Origin: Schizochytrium sp. TIO01
Taxonomy: Eukaryota; Protista; Bigyra: Labyrinthulomycetes
Reading direction: 5' to 3'
DNA length: 64,000 nucleotides
Assembly: GCA_004764695.1 (NCBI GenBank)
Contig: SMSO01000032.1
Location: 7,534,483 to 7,598,482, forward strand
Part shown: positions 23,569 to 35,587 of the stretch, piece by piece
How the letters are laid out: each line of letters starts with the position of its first letter
Position numbering within the stretch: the stretch's first letter is position 1
Translations under genes and position numbers: made by a program
The notes under the pieces: generated by a model
Databases searched by the model: none
What the model saw: the letters and a program-made list of their open reading frames with translations, nothing else
What the model was told of the DNA's origin: nothing

Positions 23569-26500
23569 TTTCAAAAATGTTGTCTCTCACTCACAAAACT
23601 ATAGTTGTATAGACTCCCAATCAATAAAAATTAGAGAGTAGGTAGTACCATACCATGGTAGGCATGATGTTTTTTTTTTGTATTGTATTTCTCTGATATC
23701 CTGGACAAGTTTGTCTCCAATACAATTGACAAGTAAACTACGATACACAGTCCCTGGACAAATTTATCATTAATACAATCGACTGGTGAACTAGAATAGA
23801 TAGTCCCCGTCATTTGTTTTAAAGCTCTCTTTATATCAGAATTTGCAATATATAACACGGACTGCTTGAGAATTAGGAAAAATAATGGACAGAATAATAA
23901 GCTCGGATGAAAGTCTATCAGATAATAAGACTACAAGGTCTGATTTCCTCAGTTGTCGAAGTTTGCAAAAGCCCTCCGTTGCTTATTATGGTACACCCAT
24001 ACCTTCGTTAAGGATGTAGCCTTACCTCTTCATTCCTGTTGGGCGAATCGCCCTCCCCCCCCGCATAGCATTCCTAGTGTCCTATTCTTTCGGTTTATTC
24101 TTCCCGTGCTTAGTAAATAACATAAAATTGTATGTAAACCCTTGGCGGCGCCATGTTCCATTTTCTCATTCTGCACTACAAAAGCCGCTTTCACTCTTGA
24201 TCGGAGACCAAGCTTTTCTATCAGGTGGCACGGGCGGTGAGTGAGTGAGCGAGTGCGTGAGTGGAAGAGTGCGACCAGCCAAGTACTCAGCTCGCCCGCC
24301 ACCTCCCGCGACTTCCATAAACCCAATAAATCCGTGACTCTCGCTTCGTTAAACTTGTCTTCACTCGCGCCCAATCAATCAAACAAACACAACCACAGAA
24401 GCATGCCAGCTTTTGCTCTCATCATGTGCCACGGGCCATCCGACCTTTACATGCATATCCCCAATAAATGCCACTTTCACCTTGGCCCAGATCTCCACGA
24501 GCTGGGCAGTCAGTTGCGCCCAAAGGGACCAACCAGCAAGCGAGCCTAACTGCTGATGGAGGGAGCTGGATGCGCCGTGATCGTCGTGTGATATGCTACA
24601 CGCACGCCACTGCCTCCACCCACGACCACCAGGCGGGAATTACAGATTCCGGCGAAGCACCAAATCAAGCTGTGCCTATATTTATTCCATCTGCCTGAGT
24701 ATGCATATTCATTCTCAGGCGCAGAGCTTATTCAACCGCGCCTGCGACTTTGATCTTCTTTCGACGATCGAAACCAATTCTATGGCCCTATATTTGGTCT
24801 CCCTTGCTTTATTTGGGGAAAGGAGCATGGAAAGAGAACAAAGTTCTGGTGGCCATTCTCGTGGTCCTCGTTCTGCTGGTTCTGCGCAGAGGGGTTCTCA
24901 GAGAATGAATGTTAAATGAAAGCAAGACGTGAGGAGAGGAAAACCTAACTTTTCCAGGATCAGCTGAGTTGCCTGGTGTCTGCCGCCGCCCACGAATCGC
25001 TCGCAAATCGGCGCCGCACAGAGCTGCGTGAGCGCAGGGAGCGATCTTTTCGGCTATGCAATTATTTAAAACACGAACCAATAATAGCAACTTGAACTTG
25101 AAGAGTTTCTCATCTCGAAGTCCATGGAGAGTCAGCGAGAATCACTGCGGCTGCTACAGTTATCAATAGGCATTAGTATAGTTTTCCATAGGAGGCTCTC
25201 TAGCAGTATCATGAGAGCTTTTTAGCAGCCATAACTTCTCAGAGCAATCAAGCGACTGTCAAGTAAATAATGGAGGGGTCGCGAGCCTGGGAGAGAGATT
25301 ACGTTGTATTGCAGGTCGTGCACCGAAGATGCCGTAAAATTGCCGACTGGTTCTGTCGTTTTCTGCAAATAGAACCTTTGGTCTTTGAGGTTGTTCGAAT
25401 ATTGTGGAGACTAGCGAGCTTGTCGTTGCCTTCACTGAGCTCTGTTCGTGAACGAGCAGTTCTTTCCAAGTATTAGGTATATCTATCTACCTACGATTTC
25501 TTTAGAGTTCTTTTTAGTTTTTTTAAATAGACGATCAACAAATGAAAGTTGAACTTCAAAGTTATCGAAAACTTGAATATTCCGTACTACTCTGCAGCTA
25601 TGTTTCAAGAAGAAGTTGAAGAAATGCCAAATATCCAAGAGCCATCGCAACCTTGGTCCGCGCAACCTCCAAATATCAGCTTTGTGGCGAAATACAGATA
25701 ATTTTGTCCTCAGCAGATCATGCTTCAACCATAAAAAAGATGGCCTTTTGGGAGGTTGATAACAATAAATGAGAGTTCGTTCCTTTTCAAAACAAAAAAT
25801 TAAGTTTAAAAAAATGAAAAATGAAAAGTATATATATATAATTATCAAAAAACCATAGATGCGCCGCTGCAAAACATCTCGTCATACACAGCCTTCATGA
25901 CTTTCACATTGCAAGCAAGAGCATCCACCACGCCGACCGTTCACTCTTACAATTTTCCAGTACCGTACCCTTATAGCGATCAACCTTGAAGGTCGGTATT
26001 GTCTTCAAGATCTGGACCCAGTCGTGAACTCTTTAGGGTAAGGTACGCAAGTGCCTAGGCAATTAGGCTTATCTGCTACAAGTCGCGCCAGTACGTAGGT
26101 GCTGGTAGCAGTAGATCATCCCTCTATGCCTAGATATTAAATAGGAGTGCCTAGTAGTAAGAGGCCCATTAACAATACGCCTAGTGATAGTAGCACAACA
26201 ATAACCCAGTTCATTGGAGCTTCCGGAGCTGGGCCTTCTGATTCCGTGGTCTTCCGCAAAAGCTCTGTAGTGGACTGCTCCAAAAGAAGAGATCCCTTCA
26301 GTATTTCTGATAAGAGTCCATGACGAATGATTGATTGATTATGGCATTGGCAAAGTTTGGAACCCACATTGTTTTGTACAGCTCGCATAAAGCGGTGGAA
26401 GGAACAGCTTCTTTTCTTCAAAAATCAGACTAGCTATATATATATTTGAAGTTGTTCTGTGAAGCAACATAGCCTTCGAGTTGCTTAATATAATAACTTG

Positions 26501-28779
26501 ATGCTCCTAGTTCATGTTTGTAAATCTCCAAGTCTTCAAGATTCTTTCCCACAGGGTTGCTATCGGTGGATGTTCTTGATCTCGATCTTCACTTTGATAC
26601 ATCAAACCAAATAACCATTCGCATCCACCTCACGAACGCCGACTCGAGGATGCTGCCGATGCTCAAGATTCTCCAAACAAACTCAAGACAACCATTATCT
26701 GAGCCTTGAAGACTAGCCTTCACATACAAGGAGTTCGGAGCGATGTTTCTTATTCAGGTCCTGGCGCCAGCCGCCTGAACTTAGACTTTAACTTAATCTT
26801 CAAGCATCTCTGCTCGAGCTACCTTAAAATATGAGGTTGGTAGGTATTTATTAATTTATCTATCCCAAAAGTCCATGCATGCAATCCAATGGCGCCTTCG
26901 TCTTCACCAAATAGTGACCTATTAAGCCTCGGCCACGTTGTTTCTTGCCACCACCGGCATGCTTTTTTCTAGCGCTGCGGTTGCAAGTCTCCTGATGTCA
27001 TTTCATTTGCCCCTAGCTAGAGGTAGCTTGGCCTTTAACTTAAAGGCATGATGGCTGGTATTGGCTGCGCTGAGCCTAATGATGCTCAGAGCAGCACTTG
27101 CACCAGAAAAGGAAGCTTTACGGGTGGCGCGGCGTACCGGACCACGGGCACCCTATTCAGGCATATGCGACTCCTAGGAGAGGTTTTGCGACGAAATTTA
27201 CAAGTGCCCGGGCTCTTAGGGGTGCGCTAGCGCGTGACTAAGCGGGCTTTCCGAGCCTTTCGCAAGAGTGAAAGGGCGATTGGTTCTTGGAGTGGGCTCT
27301 CGAAGTTGCGCTGGAGAAGGGTTCGCGTTCAGGTCGCGAGGGCTTACGCAGGATGTTGCGAAGAGAGCGAAGGCTCACGCGGTTCCTGGAGCCGCCAAAA
27401 TTTCATGCGGTGCTCCAATGATGCGGAAATCCAAGTTTAAGCAGGCAAGCAAGCAAGCAAGCGAGACCAAATAAACCTCGTGGGCCGGAACTCTCGATAC
27501 TTTGGCTCCAGGAGGTGCTCATTGACTCTGGTTTCTGCAGCGCTAACTTACGGCGACGGAGAGTTGGCGGCCGTTGTCTACGCTGTGCAAGTGGCGACGC
27601 TCGCCCGGCAGAAGTCGCGGCGGGGTGCAATGTTGTAGTTCTCCAGCAATTCGTTCGTTTGGGCTACGATCTTGCTCCTCAACCGCTCAGGTTGGCCATT
27701 CCTTTCGCCGAAGGTTTCGGTCAACGAAGTTTCCTGTCAAGCTACAACCATCTTCACTGCGGCACAACTCTCCACGATTCCACAACCAGCGTCCGCTGCC
27801 AAGGCCTCCTCGAGGGCGTCTCAGGCTGCTTCTTCGCAGCTCGACGAGTCAGAATCTGCCGGAGACTCTGGGATGATGGACTTTCATCGTCGCTGTATTG
27901 CTTTCCGTGTACGAAGGAAATGTAGCTCTTTCAAGGCCAAGCAAGTCACCGAAAGCTGGGCGGGCATCGCGAAGGTCTCCCAGCAGCGCCTCACTCACTG
28001 CATCCCTCGTGAGTTTCCACCGCCGCCGCCACTTCGAAGAACGTCCTTTCGTGGATCAAGTGAGGGATTGATGCATGAATTTCATTCGCCTAATCTGTCA
28101 TCGATTGTTGTTACGAGTCATCACCTTTGGAGTGTTTGTTTTTGGTTTATTTTTTTAATTTAATAATTAATTAATCAATTAATTAAAACTAGCTATGATG
28201 CATACTGGGAAAGAAAGATAGAGGAAATTAAAAAAAACTCTTTTGGAACCCTGACTTCAAGTTGAGGCTACCAAACAAAGCAGAAGCAGATGTTTTGTGG
28301 AATGGAAATATCGTATCGAACTTTCGAGGTGCCGCTGTAACCGAACAAACAACCTCGTGAAGAAGTCAGACACATTAGCACTGCTATCAGCACCTTTCCG
28401 CCTGGAGACAAACTGCGCGAGAACAGGCCAATTCATTTGTCCTCCTCATTCAGGGCTAGCTACTACCTGCTACCTAGGTTGTAATTAGTAACTAAACACT
28501 ATAGGTGTGCTAGCAGAGAGTCCGCCGTTTAACAAATTTTCCACGTAGTCTCGCAAAAATAAACATTCTTAGTGTTTCTCTTAACTGGTTTTACAGAGGC
28601 AGTGCGAGCGAAGCGAACGGGAACGGCATCGAGAACCACCAGCAGAACCCGAACTAGCTTACAAGTCAAAGACCCCTTCAGGAGAGCGCCCCAAGCCATA
28701 GATCTGCGTCTGCGCTGCCTTAGCGTCAAACCAAAATCCTTTGCTGCAGCCTCGGCAGAGTCTTCATCTCTTCCTGCAG

Positions 28780-28809
28780 CACGTGAACCTGCGACACGTG
28801 CAGCACGTG
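28780..28809. promoter_or_regulatory. Cluster of three CACGTG (E-box/G-box) palindromes upstream of tetraspanin-like gene A
   Basis: CACGTG at 28780-28785, 28795-28800 and 28804-28809. Confidence 0.5.
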
Positions 28810-29591
28810 AGAAGCTCAGAAAAAGCAGCGCGAACGAGGGAGCCCAAGAGATAGTGATACATTTTTGAAAAAATTATAACCAATCGATCCCTCTAAAGGT
28901 TTGCAAGTAAAAGGAAAGCATACCTGAGTCACAACTTTGAAGAGAACACAAGCAAGCCAAACCGGCAATTGAGGAACAGGTCTCTCAGGAGGTGAGAGAC
29001 ACGAGGCTATCGGAAAGGTGAATTTGCTCAGAGCGACCTCTTGCGACGCTATCCACTAGTTACCACTTATAGTAGGAGCCCTTAGTACCTTGCTACTACG
29101 AGACACATATACTGATTACAAGCGGCCGCGAGCTGGTGCAGCCCGACTCTCTTAGAGCTTTCCTGTTGCGTGTGATTTTCAAGTTGGGATAGCTGCAATC
29201 GAGCTCGTCATTTAAGAAGCTTGCACACAGTAAACCTGGAATCATAGTCCTGGTGAACAGCTGAAGAAAGTCAGTGTTTGTTTACAGCAGTGAGCAACCT
29301 TAATTTTTGAGCTTACTACTCGTGGCGTTTGCGAGCGAGCGATTATTGACCTTGCTACCGGTTCGGGTAGTAGTCTTGATATTCGGAACCACGGCGACAA
29401 AGAAGAACAAGTTAAAGGAGCCGGAACCTACGAGCAGCCTGCTCCTGGTACGTAACATTGTGGGTGGTAAATAATAAAGCAAAGTAGCATATTGCCAGCG
29501 GGCATACATCCAGCAAACCCCAAACGTGACCCAAGTCCATCAAAGAAATTGAATAGACAGGGGAGCAAGAGACAATTTCGTATAGCACATC

Positions 29592-30413
29592 ATGTGGGGT
29601 ACTTTCCTTTGCGCGTCTTATGTCACATGCCTGCATGTCTTCTCCATGCTTGGAGGTCTCACCGTGATTGGCTTGACAGCATGGCTCATTATTGAGAAGT
29701 TTCAATTTGGCATCTTTACAGAGGAGGATTGGATCATTTGGATTCCACTCGCGGTTGGTATTTTCATTACCTTGCTAGGCTGTGTGGCAGCATGCAAGTC
29801 CAACCCTGCCAACTTCAACATCAACATGATTCTTGCCTGTATCCAAGGCATTCTCGGCCTCGCCATCGGCTGCTTAGGAGCTCTGGCAATGATCACCGTC
29901 GTGTATATGGCTGAGACCTCCGAGACGTCTGCACCAAACCTTGCCGGTGGGATTGGCGACTATCGCCAATTCCTGTCAGACTACTCTCTTGGTTTGTACG
30001 GCAGTTGCTGCCGGCCTAAGAACCTTCCCGATGGTTTTGACACAAAATGTTCTACAGATAACTCCACAAGCTTAGATGCTGTATGCTACTGGACCAAAGC
30101 CAACCGCAATTCTGGCATGTACAACGTATCTTCTACAGCATGTGACGATGTGAATGATCTCGACTTATGTACCCTCTCTTCGGATTGGAAAGACTTTCAA
30201 TCTGGTTTAGCCGACTGGTTCCATGACTATGCTTGGCCAGCAGGCATTGCCTTTGTTGCCTACGGTGGGGCATTGCTTCTTGCCGTCATTGGCAGCTGTG
30301 TACTTGCCGCCAAGCACGCCCAGGCAGCCGAGGAAGAAGCTGGCGAAGAAGAGGAGGCCCCAGAAGACGACGATGGCAACAAAATGAAACTTCAAATGCA
30401 GGCCTTTGTCTAA
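29592..30413 (+). CDS. Tetraspanin-like 4-TM protein A (divergent, no CCG)
   Basis: Three N-terminal TMs, a large loop with CC plus 4 Cys and N-glycosylation sequons (NST, NVS), TM4 and an acidic tail. Clear paralogue of 37761-38591. Confidence 0.8.
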   Translation: MWGTFLCASYVTCLHVFSMLGGLTVIGLTAWLIIEKFQFGIFTEEDWIIWIPLAVGIFITLLGCVAACKSNPANFNINMILACIQGILGLAIGCLGALAMITVVYMAETSETSAPNLAGGIGDYRQFLSDYSLGLYGSCCRPKNLPDGFDTKCSTDNSTSLDAVCYWTKANRNSGMYNVSSTACDDVNDLDLCTLSSDWKDFQSGLADWFHDYAWPAGIAFVAYGGALLLAVIGSCVLAAKHAQAAEEEAGEEEEAPEDDDGNKMKLQMQAFV

Positions 30414-32286
30414 GAGACGTATAAAACTGCCGCCAAAACTGCTACCTAGTAGCCTTACGTGGTAAGGAAGAGAGGAGATAATATTGCAATATGTCAAGCT
30501 TGCTCAACTCTTCGGTGGCCAGTTTTTGAAGTTGAAGCTGCAAGTGTCGTCAAGGGTCGACGATGAAAGCAGCTATCTGAAGGCTGACGATGTATCAACA
30601 ATTTAATAGAGACTCGTTCATAAGACCTTGAGCGATTTTCGCTCTTTCGAAGTTTGATAAGGTGGCGCACTTGGTGAAGGTTAACTCTTGCCTAACTCCT
30701 TCGGGGTGAAGGTAGGGCTAATCAGCAAATTCAAAATGAGAGGAACCCTCTACAATTAAGAACACTCAAAGTAATAGCAAATTACCCCCCAAAACAATCA
30801 TAAAAAGAAAAAGGAGAGAGAAACACCTCAGCAATGCTCAATTTTAATTAGTAAGAATGGCATTGTATCCTAATAGGTTGGACGCTGTAATACGAAATTC
30901 CCTCAACCCAGCTAAGTTCCGAAGGGTTCTGCAATTCATTTTCTAAAAGCAGCACAGCAGTCATGATGATAGTACTCTACATTACTTTCAGATACGGGTC
31001 AAAGCTAAGGGAAGCATTATTTCATGCGGGCTGTTTCTTCCGGATTTGGTGTTTCTTTTGTAGGACTGCATTGTAAATTATATATAACTTTTAACACTTG
31101 TCATCATCGATCGTATTAGTACCTACTCTTCAGTTCCAGCGAAGAGCCAAGCTTTTCAGAGCAATCACGGAGAGATTCTCTCTCATGTTATCCATCTTTC
31201 TTTGACATCTTCATTGCAAATTATACTTGTTCTGTTCAGAACTCTCTAGTATGACATTCTTGACAGTTGTATTTTAGCGTCTAAGCGGGAGTTAGAGGTT
31301 AGCAAATTAAATCTAAACCTACAGTTCGCTTCTTCCGATTTTGATGCCTCCACTTGCGTATTACTAGTAGGTACTTACTTCCTTGGTAGAGTGATTCCAA
31401 TTCGTTAGCTCCCAACCATGACAACATTACAACCTGACGCATCAACCGTTGCAACCTCAGGCTGTCTTCTCGTTCCCATAATTCAGTCTCTCATCCTTCG
31501 AAAGGTTTTTCAAGTCCTCCCTCACCCCACTGATCCGAAGCTTCTAGCGGCATCGCCTTGTTCGAATAGGATTTCAAGCTTGCTTGGGTGGCCAGACGCA
31601 TCAGAAGCCAGCAAGATTTCAAAGTATCGAGAACTTACTTGTTCGATGCTAATATAGTTTGGAAAGTCTATCTAGTCAGCCACTTTGGCAATCTGAACAA
31701 GTGTTTGACTATAGGCCCTGATTATTAGGAACTGCTATTGTACCATTAAAACTATCAAGCAATCACGAGACTAGCTCATTCGAACTGGCCGATTGGTTTC
31801 TACGAAGGTTGAACCTCGGGGTAGTACCAAAATAGGAGCCCTTGCGTTGTGCCTCTGAGAGGTTTTCTGGAAACGAGATACTTATAATGCTAGAGCCAGC
31901 ATCTCAAACTGAAAAAGGTTACAAAATAAGCTTTCTTAATTATTTTTTAATTATTTTTTAATTTTTTAAAATGGAAAAGTTTTCAAAGTATGGCTGATCG
32001 CTGGTAGCGTATACCTTAGAAAGAAGGAATTTTATGTTTATTTTCTATTTTGTAAAATATAGAAATTAAAAGGAGAAGCAACTCAAAAACACAGAAGTCG
32101 TTTTGATGAGCTGAAGAGTTGGACGCCTGGTAGCTAGCTCAAGTGTCACTTTCAAGGCAACATCCCGTGCGTGAAATTCTCTGTGGATATACGCGTTTCT
32201 CTTCATGTTGCCACTATCTTCAAGTCGGCCGAATCCTTTGTTTGAAAGAATAGCAAGTTTTTCAAATTTGACCGATGAGCAGGTCA

Positions 32287-32343
32287 AATCAACTCCAATC
32301 AACTCCAATCAATTCCAATCAACTCTAATCAACTCCAATCAAC
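32287..32343. repeat. 10-bp minisatellite (AATCAACTCC) x ~5.5
   Basis: Tandem units with two single-base variants are visible. Confidence 0.85.
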
Positions 32344-32518
32344 AGCTGCGCTGGCACTCCCAGGCTGTTGCTCATCTTTTAAATGTTATCAGTGACAGAG
32401 GCGAATAGAAACTGAAATACAATCGTCTCCTCTTCTTTGAGACCTGGCTTTCAACAAATGATATTCACAGACCCCAATTCTTTATTTTTATTTTAAATAT
32501 AAATATATATTTTTTAAT

Positions 32519-32522
<4 letters not shown>

Positions 32523-32549
<27 letters not shown>
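32523..32549. repeat. Poly(A) tract (27 nt)
   Basis: Uninterrupted A run following an AT-only stretch. Confidence 0.85.
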
Positions 32550-32552
<3 letters not shown>

Positions 32553-34253
32553 AACTTGAAGATGAGGAGCTAAATTAATACGAAAGGGAAGTCGTAGATA
32601 GTATAGATTCTGCACTTTATCTGCTTCTCCTGCCCTGTCCTTCATTTTTCTTTCAGAAAGCTCACCTTGCCGACAAATAGACAAAGCTCCTGATTGCGAG
32701 TCATTAGTATTTTTTTAATCTAGCCCAAATATTCTGACAAGCTCGAGCTGGGCCGACAGCGTTTCTAGGCGTTACCGTCAATTTATACCACGAGAAAGGA
32801 AGAGAACTCATGGCTCGTTGGAAAAGTGCATCCGACCGCAGTAGCACTAGTAGCAATTTGGCTATTCATGCAAACAAATGAGAAACGAAAGTGTTGTGTG
32901 TTTTCATTGTCAACGCATATCGCTGCCCGTCGAGATCGTCTTTTGCTGTCTCCAAGCTCCTCGTCACCATCAAAGCTGGTGACTCACGATACCTGCACCA
33001 TGACCGACTCTACGGCCGCAGATGAGGTGCGATGAAAGAGGAATCTCGAAACTAAACAGCAGCTACGAACCAGCAATAACTTAGAGTGAGTTGGTCACAA
33101 ACACCACACCAAGTTCTTTCCTGAAGACATCGCCTACTCACGTACCGTTCCACTACTCTACCATGGGATAGCAAAGTCCTGGCCGTGCTGGTGATGGCAG
33201 AGTTTTGTGACAAGCTCGTAGCTCGTAGCTTCTGGCGCCAAAGAAATCATTCCACCCCAACGCTCGCAGTCTGCTTTGCCTCCATCCAGGCTATCGCAAG
33301 AGCCCCTTTGGAAGTCTACCTGGAATCAACCAGTTTCGATGCAAAGCTGAGACAGCTGCTGATTCTGCTCCCTCACCCTGGTTCGTTATATCTGCCTAGC
33401 TAGTTTGTTGTTGTCGATCAGGTTCTTATTTTCTCCATTGCGCAGTGTCTTTAAAAATAGAAGTCAGGCTGCTACGACCGTGCTGTCCCCTGACTAAACA
33501 TTAGGAAGCCGGCCTTTTCATTTACATTTTATAGATCCTAATTTTTATTTTTTCCCCCATGGATCTATCTATAAGTGAAATCTTTCCTTGAAGGTTCTTT
33601 GATGATGAAGCCGCGGGCGCCTCTTCTGTAAACACGACGAAGAAGGAGAAGAAGAAGAAGGAGAAGGAGGCCTGGCGGCTTGACGCTCAGCAAGTTGAGT
33701 GAAACCATTTCTCTCTGAGGTTGAAAAACCGCTGCCTGAGTTTGATGATATTCAGAGGAGGTGCAATAATTTATTTCTATCTTGCCCTTCGCTGCTCGCC
33801 ACCATCATGGCTCGCCTTCGAGTGGCCAAGCGTTCAAGCTTGTTCTCAGAAAGGGCACTCACTCTCACGACCAATGTCGCCTTGCATGCATCAGCAACCA
33901 GATGCATGAACGCAGCGCAGGAAGTTCATTCCAAATGCTTGCTTGCTTGCTAGCTTGCTAGCTTGCTAGCTTGAGAATGCATCAATTTCGGCGCCACAGC
34001 TAATCTGCGCTGCTAATCCCAAGCTGGCTGGCTGGCTGGCTGGGTAGCTAGCTAGCTTGTTTTCAGAGCACCCGCATCAACCTCCAGCCAACAAACCAGC
34101 CAACGCCCAGGAGAATCGATCCTTGTCTAGCTAGCTAGCTAGCTAGCTAGACAGCTAGCTAGAGATCGTCACCCATCATGAGGCTCCGGACCCTTTCTGT
34201 CGTACCCGCGCAGCTTCTTTCTCGCATCCCAAGGTTCCCTTTCTCTTGTCTGT

Positions 34254-34263
34254 CTGCTGCTGC

Positions 34264-34318
<55 letters not shown>

Positions 34319-34322
34319 GCCG
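34254..34322. repeat. (GCT)n trinucleotide microsatellite
   Basis: About 20 GCT units. It accounts for the spurious poly-Ala and poly-Ser ORFs here. Confidence 0.9.
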
Positions 34323-35088
34323 CCCATCATCGATCGCATCGTAGGCGCCACCTTTCGAGGCGGCTGGCCAGCTCCTCTCGAGCTACAGAGAGGAAGAGCG
34401 CCTGCTTTCTTGGAAACTTCGAGGGATGGAAATTTGAAAAGAACTGGGAACCGAGGCGGAGCCAGCAGCCAGCCAGCCAGCAGCCAGCTTTGCGAGACAA
34501 CCAACACCTGCTGCGCGGGATCGAGGTCACTCTTCGCGCGAGCATTCATTGCCCTCCTCGCCGAGCTCCCAAGGCTTCACGAGCTGCGTAAGCTAGCTGC
34601 CGGCGGAGGGGATGATGCTCGCGGCGCCGGGGTCTCATCATTCATTCATTCATTCATTCATTCATTCATTCATCCATTCCTTCCTTCACTCTCATTCATG
34701 CATGCACAGTGTTCGGTGATCTGGGCTTCTGCGAGAGCGGCTGCGCCTCATCATGGCCAGCCATGCCGCCTTACGCGTAGTACAACTTGCTTGGAGCGCC
34801 ATTTCGAGGTTCCCGGCGTCGTCGCTGTCGGCGGGGATGATGATCTTGTCTTGGCTTTGCTTGCTTGCTTGCTTGCTTGCTTGATACGCCCGCCATGCGC
34901 TGGCTGCCTTCTCCGCGAAGGTGTCAGCCGGACCACATCGCTGTAGCGTTTCCAGGTTTGAAGACCAATTCCTCAGGAGCTTGTCTGGCCGACTTGAGCT
35001 TCGCGCTCTCGTTGGCGCCTCCACCACCTGCTGCTGCGCCGAGGCCAGCTTCCTGCGAGGCCTTTTGAACGAAGCCGCTGTCTAGCTA

Positions 35089-35121
<33 letters not shown>

Positions 35122-35151
35122 TCAGTTCGTTCCTCGTGGTCGGTGGCGGTC

Positions 35152-35587
35152 CGTCGGCCTACGCGAGTGAGGCCAACCAGCTGCTTCGAGTTTGCTTCGT
35201 CTTCTTCGAATTCCAATCGTCGGATCGTTGTTCGAATCCATTCATCGACTTGATCCATGGATCGTTTCAAATTCGAGGCCTGAAATTCAAACGGAGGTGC
35301 CCTGACAGAAGAAAGAAGAGAAACGGAATCGCATTGACATCTTCAATCTCCACTCTTCGTGAACAATTCGTCGGCCTACGCGAGTGAGGCCAACCAGCTG
35401 CTTCGAGTTTGCTTCGTCTTCTTCGAATTCCAATCGTCGGATCGTTGTTCGAATCCATTCATCGACTTGATCCATGGATCGTTTCAAATTCGAGGCCTGA
35501 AATTCAAACGGAGGTGCCCTTACAGAAGAAAGAAGAGAAACGGAATCGCATTGACATCTTCAATCTCCAATCTTCGTGAACAATTCG
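35152..35587. repeat. Tandem direct duplication with a 217-bp unit (2 copies, 2 mismatches seen)
   Basis: CGTCGGCCTACGCGAGTGAGGCC... starts at 35152 and again at 35369. Differences seen: CCTGACAG/CCTTACAG and CTCCACTC/CTCCAATC. Confidence 0.93.

Noticed and set aside
24468-24910. In-frame TGA read-through (selenoprotein) candidates here, at 27580-27885 and near 45240
   Set aside because: No CxxU/UxxC context, no selenoprotein family resemblance and no SECIS identified.
32140-32270. Minus-strand peptide LSNKGFGRL...REFHARDVALKV resembling kinase subdomains I-II
   Set aside because: The glycine loop is incomplete and there is no downstream HRD or DFG. Could be chance or an unrecognisable relic.
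33089-33130. VGHKHHTKFFPE resembling the Argonaute KRHHTRFFP motif
   Set aside because: Flanked by stops with no other PIWI motifs (RDG, GTVVD) in any frame.
35225-35245. GTTCGAATCC as a tRNA T-loop
   Set aside because: No acceptor, D or anticodon stems can be built around it.
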